Of a DNA stretch of 64,000 nt, positions 14,198 to 28,800 are shown one piece after another; the stretch's first letter is position 1; every line of letters starts with the position of its first letter. Source of the stretch: Tubulanus polymorphus (lineage: Eukaryota; Animalia; Nemertea); NCBI RefSeq assembly GCF_964204645.1, contig NC_134027.1:11874485-11938484 (forward strand), read 5' to 3'. The translations under genes were made by a program, and so were the position numbers. The notes under the pieces were generated by a model. That model saw only the letters and a program-made list of their open reading frames with translations, did no database searches and was not told where the DNA came from.

Positions 14198-15592
14198 TCA
14201 TAACTTATCAGTTTCCGTAGTTCGGCAGACTTCTGATGATGATTGCGCGGTTGAGTTCAGACATGTCCGTCCTATGGCCGGCGAGCCGTGAGGATAAGCT
14301 ACCTGGAAAGGCGATAGAAACGCGGCGTTACCCGCTGCGCACATACGCAATCCTTCGGCCAGTCCGAGATATGCCGATAAACCGGTCGTTCCGTACGGGG
14401 CGCCGAGAGACGACATAGCAGCCGACAGTCTTTCCGAATATCCGGGAATTGTTATCGCTGGTCTAGCAGCGGCGGTGAGTCCCGGTAACGCGTATGCCGA
14501 ATTCAAAAACGCCGACGGCGCGAAGATATTAAACTGCGATTTCGAATCGCATATTTTAGGCGGTGGACTAGGAATTTTGTCGAAAACGTTAGGTTTAATT
14601 TCACCGGCAGCAACAGCGCCGGTATTACCTGCAGTTTTATCGTCATCGGACGAGCGAGCGCATAGTGCGGGTAGTGGCTGTTTCTGACGAACTTTATCGG
14701 CGAATACCGACGCCGTTGTTGGTATCGAGGTTTTTGCACGTTTCGCCTCGAGAGCCGGCTCAAGCTCGGCGTCATGATTGCCGATAATGCTGTCAATCGT
14801 AAAGAGTTTTCGCTTCGTGCTCACTGATAAGTCCGTAGGTTTGTTTATTTCTGAGTCGAACTGAACTCGCTGGGTGTCGTCTGACACGATGCGACTACCG
14901 CAGACGAAATTCTCCCCGTGAGCGGACGCATCTTCTTCGTCTTCGAACGAATCCGATTCGCTCGAATCACCGTTAGCGCTTTTATTCGCGTTAGGTGAAA
15001 TTTCCACTTCTAAATCGTCGTCGAAATCGTCGTTATCCATTGAACAGTTACTCAACTGTATTTCTCCATCGACCTTTTCGACGCCCGATGACGACGAACT
15101 TTTCGACGACGGGTTTTTTGGTCGGCGCTTTCGTCTGCGATAGTTACCGTTTTCGAACATATCTTCGCATTTCGGGTCCAAAGTCCAATAATTACCTTTC
15201 CCCGGTTTGCCTTTTTCGCGAGCGATCTTCATGAAACAGTCGTTCAACGATAGATTGTGACGGATAGAGTTTTGCCAGCCTTGTTTGTTATCGTGGTAAT
15301 ACGGAAACCTATCCATGATGAACTGATAAATACCGTTAAGAGTTATTTTTCGATCCGGTGCACTTTTTATCGCCATGGCAATTAAAGCGATGTAAGAATA
15401 CGGTGGTTTTTGCGGCTGTTCTCTTCTTTCCATCTCGGCGAGCATGCTGAGAGCGTAAGCCCGGTTATAGTCCATGTGGCCATAGAATAATCCCGGGTTA
15501 GCCGCGTAGGCGTACCTAGGATCTATTCCGTAGCGAGCGTAGATATTCACTAGAGCGGCTGAACCCGACAGCGGACCAGGAGGATTCGACAT
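14198..15592 (-). CDS. FoxL1: Forkhead box transcription factor L1, single exon, 464 aa
   Basis: Forkhead domain [61 protein letters not shown]...[23 protein letters not shown]. The [12 protein letters not shown] and C[14 protein letters not shown] segments match the FoxL1 subfamily. eh1-type Groucho-binding motif FTIDSII at 14783-14803. Confidence 0.93.
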   Translation of the reverse strand: MSNPPGPLSGSAALVNIYARYGIDPRYAYAANPGLFYGHMDYNRAYALSMLAEMERREQPQKPPYSYIALIAMAIKSAPDRKITLNGIYQFIMDRFPYYHDNKQGWQNSIRHNLSLNDCFMKIAREKGKPGKGNYWTLDPKCEDMFENGNYRRRKRRPKNPSSKSSSSSGVEKVDGEIQLSNCSMDNDDFDDDLEVEISPNANKSANGDSSESDSFEDEEDASAHGENFVCGSRIVSDDTQRVQFDSEINKPTDLSVSTKRKLFTIDSIIGNHDAELEPALEAKRAKTSIPTTASVFADKVRQKQPLPALCARSSDDDKTAGNTGAVAAGEIKPNVFDKIPSPPPKICDSKSQFNIFAPSAFLNSAYALPGLTAAARPAITIPGYSERLSAAMSSLGAPYGTTGLSAYLGLAEGLRMCAAGNAAFLSPFQVAYPHGSPAIGRTCLNSTAQSSSEVCRTTETDKL

Positions 15593-15839
15593 GACTGGCT
15601 CCTTTCACTTACAAGCGCAAAATGAAAATGATTCGGATAAGCGTATTGTGAGCGACTTTATGGGAGAGAATGTTCCGTTTGTTTGACCGGATCGTCTTTG
15701 TTATTTCAACCATGTAGAATTGCATTACCCTTGAACATACTCGTGTAAGTTAAAATGCAAACACTCCACCGTAATTACCCGCCGCAGACGATCCCGCCCT
15801 CTTGTCACTTGTGCACACCACGTCATCTCCGGTGTTGTA

Positions 15840-15975
15840 ACTTCCATCCAATCAGCGGCGAATTCCCGGCAGATATTGTTTACAAATCAGCGCTAACAAG
15901 ATGGTCGACCACCCATAACGAATGCGCGGTGTTTATTTGGAAGTTTCATTGGAAGAAATTGACCACCCGTAATAC
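15840..15975 (-). promoter_or_regulatory. FoxL1 proximal regulatory region with GLI, forkhead and CCAAT motifs
   Basis: CCAAT 15848-15852, TGTTTAC 15877-15883, exact GLI consensus GACCACCCA 15907-15915 and near match GACCACCCG 15961-15969, all 250-380 bp upstream of the ATG. Confidence 0.6.
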
Positions 15976-18780
15976 AAACAACCTACGCAGCGTTCTTTGA
16001 GGAAATCAGTCTTCAAATTGCCTCGATCTAAGCAAGTTCGGGATGCCACCGGATTTTTCGGAGATGGTGAGACTGACATTAAACTAAAACAGTTGTTTTT
16101 CCAACGTTTCAACGCAGTCAAATAGTGATTAACCTTGTAGATTTTTATATATAATCTATATAAACGTTATTAAGTTAAGTTATCTCATTACCTACATATA
16201 TATTCAGAGATTTGTTCAACATACGCGGGCGGGTGGGACGTGTATACGTGCGGACGTGAAATAGTATCTGCCTCCTACTCCAGATAAAATACGTAGCTTT
16301 TTAAAATCTTTTTTCTGTCTTATCAGTCGTTCAATTCCTTGCTTCATAGGCGCGCTAATCGGAGAGAAATATAAACACATAGAACAAAGCATTATCGTTA
16401 TTTACAGTTACTTTGAAATCTCGAGACACCTTGTTATTTGTAAATATAAGCAACGAATTATTCAACCATATCAAAATAGCTTTGTTCATCTATGGAAAAA
16501 TGGCATCGATCCTTCGGAAATACGCATGTCAATCTTATAGAAAATCCCGGATCAGTTAGATTCGTTTAAATCTGTTTGATATTTAAGCCGCGATCAGAAA
16601 GAGACGATTTGGCCCGGGCCAAATTTGGCCAGTGCCTTAAAATTATTACAGTCCAGCATTTGGGAATGAAAACTTAATTTGACTCCAGAACCAAATTTAT
16701 CAACCACAACCCAAGATGTTGTCTTTCTAATAGTGAGTACCAAGAGTATGGCTCATCGATTGAACAAAATCTATTCTAGCCAACTTTCTGACAGTCATCT
16801 TCCATTTTACTGAGAGTGCGAGAAATGAAAAGTCCATTTCACTTAAGAAATGTCAATTCATCATTATGTTTCTATTCACATTGAAAAAATTTATAATATT
16901 TGATATTGATCGATGGATTTATTATAAAAAGACATACGATGTATTTCAACTAATTGACACGATTGACGAACAAATCGTGAATTACTGATAATTCGCGATC
17001 TGCTTTTTTTCGGCCGTACGAAAATCGTAGAATGTCCCTGAAGGCAAACTGCTAATGCTCGGAGTGCGAATATAATGCTTTGTTTTTCCGATGATCGAAA
17101 GAGAATGTTTTTCTATTGTTATAAAAGCAGGCGAGAACTTCCTCCAAATTGATCGTTGTTGATTCAAGCTAGCGAAAAAATGTTGCCCATTTCGTGTCGG
17201 ATTATTCACGCAAACACGGTTAGTTAGCCGAATAAACAAGCGTCAATATTATACCGGATAGCCTACAGTATCCACTGCAGCAGACGGATGAACGTCGACG
17301 TAAGATTTGGGAAACTCGGACAATTCATAGTATCTCCAAACGATACGGACAATAAAGATAATGAACTGCTTTGCTGCATTTTTTTTCTGATTCAATTTTT
17401 ATCAACAATATATGGTACTGACGTTCAAACCCCAAATTCAAAGGTCATTTATGTAATTTTCCCCGATTTTCAGGATCTAGATGTTAGAGATAAAATTTAC
17501 GATAATCATATCTTTCCATTTTCCCCATTTTTCAGAATTTGAATTATTATGAAAAAGATGAAAATCATGTACCGATAATCATTTCTTTCCTTCTTCTAAG
17601 TTATCATATACAATCAGACAGCTATATTGTATCAGGCATGGTGGTATCGTTTATTCAGGCACCATAAGGCTTAACTCTCGCTACGTGTAATGTTGTAACA
17701 GGCGCTTTTCGGTTCCTTGCATATTTTGGTTATTTTTTCAAATGGCGCACGGGAGGAATCTTGCAATCGATAAACCCCGAGGAAAGTGTAAGGCTAATAA
17801 GTCACGCACACACAGTGGCACGTTTTGGTAATTGGTATTTTGGCTTGAAACAAAACTATCCGATTATTGATTCAAAAAGAATTTCTTTTGTAAAATATTA
17901 TGATAGCAGAGGGATATCGATAAAAAAACTCTTCTTGCATTCGAATTGTCGATGGAAAGACGTAAAAAAAACTTTTACGAAACATTTTTAAGCGCTTCCA
18001 TTTCAGGACGTGTCTGGTTTGCGATCGTCTATAGTATCGGAAAACTCTTAAACATATTCCGGTTTGAAAAGTTAAAAGTATCAATTCTACCTTATTCATT
18101 GAAAATCCCACCCCTTGCGGTGCTGCGCACAATACAATACTTGACCCTCGAAACAAAAAAGTACCCACGGTACACGTTGTTTCATTTCTTTCTTTCGTTG
18201 TCAGCGGCAAAGAAAAAATAACATACATATCCGATGATTAATATAATAAAAAACGAAATCGTAGAAATATTTCCAGTTTTCTTCGAACAAACATATACAC
18301 GACAAGGGTGTTATACGATACGGCTATTTTTATAAGATCAAATGGAATCGACTTGGAATAATATCCGAGGGCGGGTGTTAGATATTGACGAATACAAGGC
18401 TCTGTTGTCGTTTCAAGTGGAACCCTTAGCGTCATCGAGAATTGTTTTCTTATGAAAGGCTTCGACGTTTTTCGAATTCACGCGATGTGCGGTCGTCCGT
18501 CGTACAAAACCCGAACACGACGAGCGAACAATGTGTTACTTTTTTGAGTTTTTGTCTCTAATATTTACTCGCGCGACGTTTTAATAATATCTCATATGAA
18601 ATCGCGAATTCCATTCAGCAGTAATATTTTATTTCAATCGATATTATAAATAAAGCGCGAATAATAGCGTACGTACTTCATACGCCCCATTTCAAAGACG
18701 AGAAGGCGGTACAGTACACGGGATTCTTTTCCAGGTTGATTTCTGCGAAGAAAAAATATTTCAAGTTAACAAACACCTTA

Positions 18781-19147
18781 ACTTCGATTTTAAACAGACA
18801 ATTTTGTAAATTCGATCGCGCCGATCACACGACTATACGGTAGGCTTCGCTCAAGTTGGATCATTATGGTACCGTAAAAATGTGTCCGGCTTGAGTGATA
18901 TCCGAGGTGGATGTACCTCATATATAGTGTCACAAAAATATTTCAGCAAATATCGAGTTGAACAGTTATCTGAGTTGAACGGGAGCAGAGTCTACTGTAT
19001 ATACTTAGATTTTCGATTTCAACATGAAACCCCGTTTCGTTCCCAGCAGGTCGCTGTGGTGGTGGGTTTGTAAGGGACACCAAATCAAAACGAATCAGAC
19101 CAAATCTTGCAACCAAATAAATGACAGGGCCAATCCCTTCAGTTCTA
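18781..19147 (+). mobile_element. Older copy of the same LINE 3' end, split by a TA-flanked Tc1/mariner-type MITE (about 18838-18996)
   Basis: ACTTCGATTTTAAACA..CCGATCACAC and GTGGTGGGTTTGTAAGGGACACCAAATCAAAA match the reverse complement of 60300-60483. The insert ends in GAGTCTACTG-TA. Confidence 0.65.
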
Positions 19148-19888
19148 AACAAACTCACGGTTTTTTTGTAATGAAAAAAAAGTTGACAACTCTTAAATAA
19201 CTTCATCATCCATAGTGGCAACAAATTCCATCGTGGCAGTTCTATCCTCTCTTCTTGAATATGGACAATTTCATAGCGAAGCCTACTAGAACGTATACAT
19301 GTATTTATTGAATACTCTATCCAGCCAAGAAAAATATTTTACAAAAATATTCACCCCAACATCAAGCATATCGAATAACAACATAAACTTCATATACAAA
19401 AGTATATTTATTTATCTAATCTCAAATATACAAAATATAAGCTTTATACACAGGAGACATCAACCGATTTCAACTTCAGCTGGATACAATTAGTTTTTAC
19501 GATAAATTATGTGTACATTTATGTGCATTCGTTAGGAAATGTATTCATCAAACGCTCTTTTACGATATGACACGACCTAATTACGAAATATTAAATGAGA
19601 TTTAATGTTTTTCTTTGGATCACCATCTAATCGAGGAAATAGTACAAACAGATTGCGTCAGTAATATTTATGATTTACAGTAGATTCCGCTTGCCACAAA
19701 GCCGAATGTGTTGGAAAACCATCATCACTCATGGCCACAAGTAATCTGCCGGTCTTGGAGATAATTAGTCCAAAGACATCCGAGGCAAGCAGAGTCTACC
19801 ATGTTCGATAATATTCTTTCATATCAAATATATGACAGTTCATTCTCTAACCAAACATGACAGGTTTTTTCATACATCCAACAGTCGT

Positions 19889-22800
19889 TCATAGTTGATT
19901 AAGATTCTTACTGTCCTCATTCGTTATTTGTAGTTTTTCGCTGTCCAGCTGCGGCCCTTTGCGATCCTGCGATGAATAATATTAAAAGAAAACGTTAATT
20001 TTCATATAAACTTCATTCTCGTGAAAGTGAGTTTACTTAGACCCTGCCGTATTAGGATAATTTGGGACCAATGAAATTAATCCGGTTTAAGAAAAGTCTT
20101 GATTTAACGCTATATTGCAAATACATATGGGCAAAAAAAAATTACACCTAGTTCCTCATTCCTGCTGAGCTTAATTTTAATAGTTGACCCAGCTGGCTGC
20201 CTACCTGTATATTACTTTTTTAAAATCATGATCAAGCTACCCAAGCTAACAGACCTCGCAGTTATAGAGATGAACCGATTACAAATTTAATTGCGGTTAC
20301 TTAAAATGACCCAGCCGATCATGAGAAACTAGGTATACGTTTTTAGCCTTACATATATATATAATATTTCTGTTAAATAATATCCAAATTAGATCCAGTC
20401 TTCTGTTCAATGAACAAGACTTACCCATTTCATAGACGTGTGTACGAATGCACTTTTCCCGCATGCTCTGAAAAAAATAAATCGCATAGAATGAAATAAG
20501 CTGGATGAATCACCAGCCACAGTAGAATCCGCATAACAGAGCCGTCGGAAGGAATTTTTCAGTGGCGAGGCTTATTTCTGAAGGGTGGTCTGGGGGCCCT
20601 CCCCTAGAAAAATTTTGAAAATTCAATCGCCGGAGATGTGTTTTGGGGCCATTTCACGGTCTCATTCACAGAAGCATGAGAAGTCGTGAGCCAACCACCT
20701 AGTTCAGAGAACGACGAGCTGCTACGCGGTACAGCGTGCTTTTGAAAAATTTTTGTTAAGCAAAAAAGTGGGGCGGCTTTGGCCGCCCCTGCCGCCCCTG
20801 TTCCGACGGCCCTGTATAATTCGTATCATCTGGGACCAATGAAATTAATCCGGTTCACGCGAAATCCAGATTGAACTTCATATTTTACATACATTAATGT
20901 ATCGATGGCCATAAATCCGGATTTGACAGGGTGGCCACTTAAATTTGACATGCTTTTTCTTTTTCCCTGACATGCAAGTTGTTTTCCCTGACTCAATGTA
21001 CTAAGATTCCTATCAATCCAATCGATTAACACAGTCAATGATGTAAGACATAGATAGAAACTGTTTGATTTTACATGCGATATAGCAATCTCAACAACTT
21101 AGCCCTGACTTTTAACCTTTTTTTTACAAAACTCCCTGACTTTTTTTAAGAAAAGAAAATTCCCACACTTTTTTCTGATTTCAAGGTCAGTGGCCGTCCA
21201 CCCTGTTAAGACTGATCCGAATTAAGCCGGTTTGAGTGAAGAACTTTTCACATAAACTCAGTTTTCCACAGAGTAATATAGTTTCGAATAATAGTTAAAT
21301 AATAATAGGAACGCAACTCTCGAAATCTTTATTATGATTAAACAATTCTATTTATATGTTTCACGTTTCAAACGATTTCGATTCTACTCGAGTCCTTTTC
21401 AAGAAAGGAATCAATACAAAATTACACACGTACGGTACAATAGTAAAGTATTCTAGTATTACTAATTGCTTAGATTATAACTTAATTTCATTAGAACTAA
21501 GATAAGTCTAAAAAGCAATACTGATACAGTTATCAATCTGCTGCCTATACCCCCTTAGACGATCACATGTGATGGGCGAAGTATGGACAATCAGATTTTT
21601 CACGCAAATTGAGAAAATGCATTTTCTGGAGATCAGGTAAAAACTACATATCATTTTCAAATGGAGTTGCCTTGGATCCAGAAAGGAGACGTGACCAAGT
21701 TGTGACAATTGTTGGAGGGGGTAAGGGGGCTACACAGTTGTATCAAACATCGGAGAGATCAGAGAGTGGATGGAGTATTTTGAAATACCGTTCAAATATG
21801 AGATCACATAACGTGACAGCCTCTAGTGAGTCTGAAACGTAGCGTCATTTTGATTCTAACTATTGTTAAAATTTGGTTCCTTCACTCCCTTTCTAGATTA
21901 TATAACATTTACTGTCATTCACTTACAAGCACGTTCCGTGAGGATATCTGTCTAAAGTCGTCACACGAAATCCGCAATCTCGACATTTGAAGAATTGCTT
22001 TTTGCCCTTGGATTGTCGGACGTTGTGTCCCTGGGTTTTGCAGTGCTCCGCAGGCTTCTCAGCAGTATAATTACACTAAAAACATTGAACACAGCTTAGA
22101 TATTCAATCAGTATTAAACGAAAACAACCCACCCAAAATATGTTTCCAAGTTTGCTTTTTCCGGACTTCCCCAGATTTTTTGTGCAGCGTATCAGGTGAA
22201 ACAATTTCTGTTTTCCAAAAAATATTTTTCCTCCTTCCCTGGACATACCGGTATTTGAGAAAAGGCAGTCAACAAAAATATTTTTGAAAGTCCAATGATT
22301 TCCACAACTAACCTGATTACAAGTGTAAGTTTTCACAGATATACTCATAATTGATTCCATTTTCTCCTCATATTGCTCTTTCTTCTCTAACGCACTGAAA
22401 TATTTGTCTTCTTGGTCCAGTTGTGCCTGAAAAAAAAGGGGATTACATTGGAAATGAGCAAAAACTTCAAATGAGTTCATTTTGCAATGAATGGCATAAA
22501 AATAATTAGGAGTCCAGGGACACCATGCCGGGAAATGCTGACAATTTCCATCCTCCAGGGATTTTAACCTGATGGCATTGCTAGAGTCAGCCATGGTACA
22601 AAACCGTCACGCTACACCAGGTGTGCAGGTTTCCAACACAAAAACTTGCGGAACTAATCAGATTGCCCATTGCATAATCGCTGAGGCAAATTTCATGGAA
22701 AAACTATAAATGGAAAAATCTGGACTAAAATAGAACAGGATATCTGATTGACTAATAATGGCATCATCTAAACTGCGCATGTAGCTGCCCACTCGGTCAA

Positions 22801-25800
22801 GTGTGTGGCAGGGTTTCGTATGGCGGCGAGTCTCGATGCTATCGGGTTCAAATCCCTGTCAGGGAGGATGACAGTTTCAAATTTCAACACCCCCTATGAA
22901 CCAATACTTGAAACTCTAACAATCATAGAACATGTCATAAGCTACAACATTTTGATTGATTGTGGTTACATAATATGTACAGGAACTGATATAAACGGAA
23001 ATACCATGTTCCGCTATATCAATCCCCAAATGGGCTATAACACAAACCTGTGTAACTGAATCTTTATGCGATGACCCGGCTTTGAGAAGTCGTATCATTT
23101 CCTTCGAATCCATATTGCTATTCTTATCTTGCAATATTCGAGATTTTTTCGCCACGGGTTCATTTTGTTGGGTTCGCTCCGATGATTCTTCACCGCTGGG
23201 TTTACCTACAATGAACAGAAATCAATAGAACATACAATACACCTTGAATTTTTAGGATCCACTTATTTCCTCTGACGCAGAAAATTTATGGATTTTGGAT
23301 TAAAGCGATTTTAGAATTTTTCTGATTTAGTCTGCGCAAGGAATATTTCAAATATACGGATATGAGGAGTCTACTTGTACCAATACATATTTATATAAAT
23401 TCCAGAATAGAACTACCGGTATTCAATGTGGCCAACTCTGAATGAAGTGCTCACTTTGATTGCTTTCGATGGCTATCTTTTTAATTCTTTCTTGTTCCTC
23501 TTCGGACAATTTTCGCTTGACTGCGTTAGGATTCTTCTTTTTGATGACGCTTCCTTTCGATTTGAGCCGGGCAGCGGCTTCAACCTTTTTAAATGGAAAT
23601 GATATATTCAATGAGTATTAAGTGTCGAATCTATTATGTCCTGCTTGAAAAGGGATGGCTCTGAACAGCATGATTTGGACATTCTCAGAGCTGCCTCATT
23701 CGCTCACATGCACGAAAACCAAAATATGGCTTTATGCGGTCATTTAGAAGAGAACCGAACCAACCATATTGTAACCTTCTAGTTACCCATTGATTTCAAT
23801 GATCTACGAACTCGGTCTCAAATTTTCAAAGACTCTTCTTAAGTTCGACTTAAAATGCATATCAGAAGCCTCCAGTGAATGTCCAGGGCTGCCAACCTCT
23901 GAAATGAGCTATCGCTAACAAATTGAATTTTTTTCAGTACCATTTCATTGAAATATAAAAGGAAAATGTTCAATTAATCAGTAATCAACCTTCAGTAACA
24001 TCTTTCATATTTCTGTAAGCATCAAACAAATCTAATCAGTATTTCTCGTCATAAAACAATAACAAATACAGACTATCAGGAACAGTTGCCAGCTCCAAAT
24101 TTCAATCAAGACAGAGCATTCATTTTTACCTTCGACACAGCTCTCGATTTTTTTGTCGACAGCACATCCAATGAAAACTCTTGTCCCGGGCATAATCCAC
24201 GCCCCAACTGGGGTAAGCCCTCGTTTTGCGTCGGCACCGATGAACTCGTTGTATCAAATAAATCGATGCAACCATCAACTTCGTCGAGTCCGCCGCCAGA
24301 CTTTTTACGTTTGTGAGCACCATTTCGGATCATCTTCTTGAATTTCTGAAATGTGATGACTTCAGATTTTTCGGGTCCTTTCTTCAATTCTATAATGAAA
24401 GACAATCGCAGTAAATTATAGTAATTAAAACACTTCTCGGGCTGTTGTTTCCGATAAACTTGAATATCGACCGATGCGAATTCCGACCTTCTTTTATTTT
24501 CTCCTCTTTTTCTAAGCTTTTCTTCAGATTTATCGAGCCAACGCTCTGTTGTATCAACATTTCTTGGCTGAAAATAGTGAGTGATAGAATTTTCACTAGA
24601 ACGTAAATTATCGACAAATTCTGATTTCGATTTGTAGACCTACAGCTGTGAACGACTGTCCAACTTCTTCAAGCGTTCCTCGTCATCTGACTGTAGTTTA
24701 TGTTTCGGTCGCTTTTCCATTTTTTTTATGTCGTCCAGCGTGACTTTTTCTGATTTCTTTTGAGCTTTAAAACTAGAAGGAATACGAGAAAAATAGATGG
24801 AATTACATTCGTAAGAACAACATCCAACTATTACAGTAGACTGAATCACAATATCCACGATGTAGTGATCAAACATAAAATTCCGCAATCACAACTGAAC
24901 TGAAGATTTTATAAAAAAATAGAAACATTTCGAGCGGTAACCCTTCTTCATTCTAAAATGACTTTTGGACTCATGAATGGTGGTTGTAAACACACAAAAT
25001 ATTTTTATTTTCAATAACTTTATAGTTAGTAACAATTATGCAAATTTTACAGTAGACTCCTTACAATTTGAATACTTCTAAGTCGTAAGTCGAACTATCA
25101 GTATCACTGAACTTGAAGACAAATCTTAGAAAATTAATCACATTTTCATCCATTGTTTAAAGGGATCATCACTTAAATCGAACAAAAATCACTGCTTCTG
25201 AGGAATCTACTGTATAATGAAAAGGCAATTGTCAAATTTCGGGCTTACCTTTCTGACGTGTACGACTGCCCACCGTAGAAAAACATATTACCCTTCTTCA
25301 AGCCAAGCTTATTTTCAAACGATCGCGGAGTCGTACCAGAACTGGAAAAATTGAAAGATGCATTCAACTTCATATAGACACATTCCATTCATTACTAAAC
25401 CACTCAGCAGTGACAGGCATCTCCTAAAGCCAAGTAACCCAAGTACAAAATCTACCCAAGTTTTTAAACAATTTCTTTTCATCTACTAATAAAATACAGT
25501 CAATACAGTCAAGCTCGAGTAAGTCACCATCGGATAAGTCATCACATAACTGTACTTACAAGTTGTCTCTGATGGTCCCAACGAAACAAACGACAACTTG
25601 GATTAATAACGCAGCAAGCTTTTACGTCATTTCTTACAAATTAATCAATAGCGTCACTTTTGAAGTGGTCAATATTATAACATGAAGTAGGGCACAGTGG
25701 AATTCGGCCTCTCATTCAGTAATGACAAGTGCAGAGTTGACAACCTGTAGGCGACAACGGTTCTCGGGCTCAGACTCGAATCTGTCATCACTGACGTATG

Positions 25801-28800
25801 AAGCAACTCCACAATGTCCATGCATTAGTTGCCATTGCATTTAGATATGTTGGTAGCCCGAGAACCAATAAATTTCAAATTGGAAAACAACGTTGCTTGG
25901 TACTCTTAATGCTTAAGTAGTCAGTGCATTGGATTTTGTATACATACGCAGCCTGTAGCTCTCCACGTTTCGCCGATGCTTTTTTGTACGCAGACTGAAC
26001 ATGATAAGAACATTTATCACCTTTAACCCTGAAATACAAGAATCAAATTGTTATATCAACGTTCATGTATTAGTGAGAACTTGCTGTAATCATTTGAAAT
26101 GATTACTCCAAGGTGAGAAGTAGAAAGTTTGTACACATATTATTTGTGTAGATAGCAGATACCAATCTGCTGCATGGAAGCACCCATTGCATATGTTGAC
26201 CATTGAAATATGAAGCCTTGAAGCCATTTTTGGCATTGTCTGGGTCCAGTTCGGCAGTGGTTGGTTAGAGTTAACTCTGAGTTAAAATCAGTTCATTTCC
26301 AATGTTTTAATTCTATGAAGCCAAATCTAACTCGAAAACTGTGGATCTGGATCTTGGGGTTTTGGCGCATTTTCAATTGTCCGAGGCTAAGTTCTGAACA
26401 AGGTGAAACGTGAAAAAATGGTGGCAAAGCATCGAATGTCTGAGGCCGATGATTGATACCTGTGTGTTTCCTTACTTGTTGATAAAATTATTGCATTTTT
26501 TTCCAGCTTTGGTGACCGAAGTACAAATACCATAATCCCTTGATGCACCGAGCACCATTACTTTCTGACTGTTGTCGATGGATACGCTAAGTTCTGAAGA
26601 ATTCTTATACTGAAAATTTACAGTTTTAGTTGAGCATTGTTAGAACTAAAACATTGCATATTGCAAGGTTTAGGTTTTCTGAAGGGTTTGATACAGACAC
26701 TGATATTGAAGATATTGAAACGTACCAAATTTGATAGAACAAATCATCATCCACAACTTTGCTATAAATGATTGTGGTCATAATATGAGGGCCTATCGGG
26801 ACAATTCCCCCCGGACAATTGCCCCCGCCCGAAGTAAATCCTTTTAAATCTGGATTAACACCACCTAAATACTCGTTGACTCGACCAACAACTTCTTCAC
26901 CAAGGACTTTAACCTTGGCCTTACAACCATGATTTCTTCTTCCTTTGCATTCATAAGATATAACTCCCCCACTGAGTTCTTTTTGTCGGACATAAACAAA
27001 ATTTTTGAAGGCAAGTTTTGGAAATGTGAGAGAAAATGTCAAAATTAATCAATTATCAACAGTAAGACCTTCAGTAACATCTTTCATATTTTGGTATGTA
27101 TCAAACCAATCAAATCAAATCAGTATTTTTCATCATAAAATAGTAATAAATACTGAAATCGGGAACAGTTGGCAGCTCTGCAATATCTTACTTCCCTGGC
27201 GTTGATATCAATACAATGGGCAATCGTAATTCCATGCAAGATGCGTTCTATGATAGTGCTAACAATAATTGATTATTGAGACAGTAAGTTGAAACAAATC
27301 AACAGCAAGTTAAACATCAATAAAATTGATCGAAGCTTTTTACGAAATTTCCCAAAATAACTGGATTCTGTCTACGGAAGAACAACCAGCTCCCCCACCC
27401 CCTATAGATGTACATGTTCTTCGTGAATAATCCCTAATACCAATTGGTTGTATCAAATATATGGTTAAATCAAAGCATACTTTACTATCATTGGATTCAT
27501 TTTGCATTCTTTCCGGGTTCAACAACGCAACCACAGTACCGAGACTCTCCTTCCATAGATCTTTGTGCGAGTTTTTGAACAGGAAACACGTTATAACCGT
27601 CTCACAATTTACCAAATCGCTTAATTTCCACAACGAATATGTATTTCCCTGAAACGTTAGAGAAAGCCGAACATCATCAGAAACATTCCTCGAGCAAAAT
27701 TAAAACGTTTTAATCCGTGTGAACTGCGGATAAATAAAAAGTCCTTCACCGGAAATTTACGAGATAAGATTTCGAAACCACAAAGTTTTGCCTGCTGACT
27801 AACAGCCATCATAATGAGACTGTTAGCTGGAAACAGCCATCATCAGCCAGTTTGTCTACAGCAGAAACATTGTTTCATTTTATACATCTCAGAAATCTTA
27901 TTCCGGTGTCGTCACACTTTTTAATATCAAACCCTTTATTCATGTTTGACAATTGTTATTCATGCAGCCATCAGTGAAAGACCAGAACCCGCCAACGTAA
28001 GCCATATGATATTTCTTCATTCACCATACATAAGACATTCGTAAGGGATTTAGTCATACTAAGGGAGTCAGGCATACTACCATGATAAGATATTAGCCGC
28101 TTTTAATGCGTGGAGGGATTCAACATAAATTCAACACCATTTTGATCTCCACCATTTGCTGTAGAAGCACTCATTCAATATTTCATAGCATTTCGTGTGA
28201 TGACATCATGTCATCTAAAACACGGGACTGTGTTTCAGATGGTAACAGCATACATTCGTGATTAAATGGGGTTCGAGTTATGACAACGTCACTGTCCTTT
28301 TTTACACGCACATCTAATCCCCATACGTACAGAGATTCAATCAAATTATGAAGAAGTTTTGTAAGGGAATCTATTTGAAATACGATAGAGTACAGCAAAT
28401 GATATGATATACAAACATTATCAAATACTGGTTGTATTGGTCCAATGCCTATCTATGACATACACGGGTGGGTTCAGCTTTTTTTATTGGTGGCTGCATT
28501 TGAAGGTTGTTGTTTACCTTGGAAGATTGGCGTGGTTCCATTTTACCTACAATCACGGCCATCAAAATCCAAGAATCCTGAGTCGCCGACGTTCCGATAA
28601 GTCGAGGCAGTTTCGAAGCGGTGATTATATTTTTGTTGGTAATGCGGTTCTTCCAAGTCAGACTAGAAACCTTTGGATTGCTTGAAGGTATGGAAAAATT
28701 GTCCTATTTAAACATTGCATGAAGTGGACAATGCTGAATCAGTAACACAAAATATATCCATGGGCTTATTTAAAAGTTGATGAGATCAACAATTAGTATA

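Noticed and set aside
13914-15234. Small ORFs overlapping FoxL1
   Set aside because: Antisense or alternate-frame shadows of a GC-richer CDS.
22076-22594. 172-aa track ORF as an independent gene
   Set aside because: Only 22313-22426 is coding (MCM10 exon); the rest is intron read-through.
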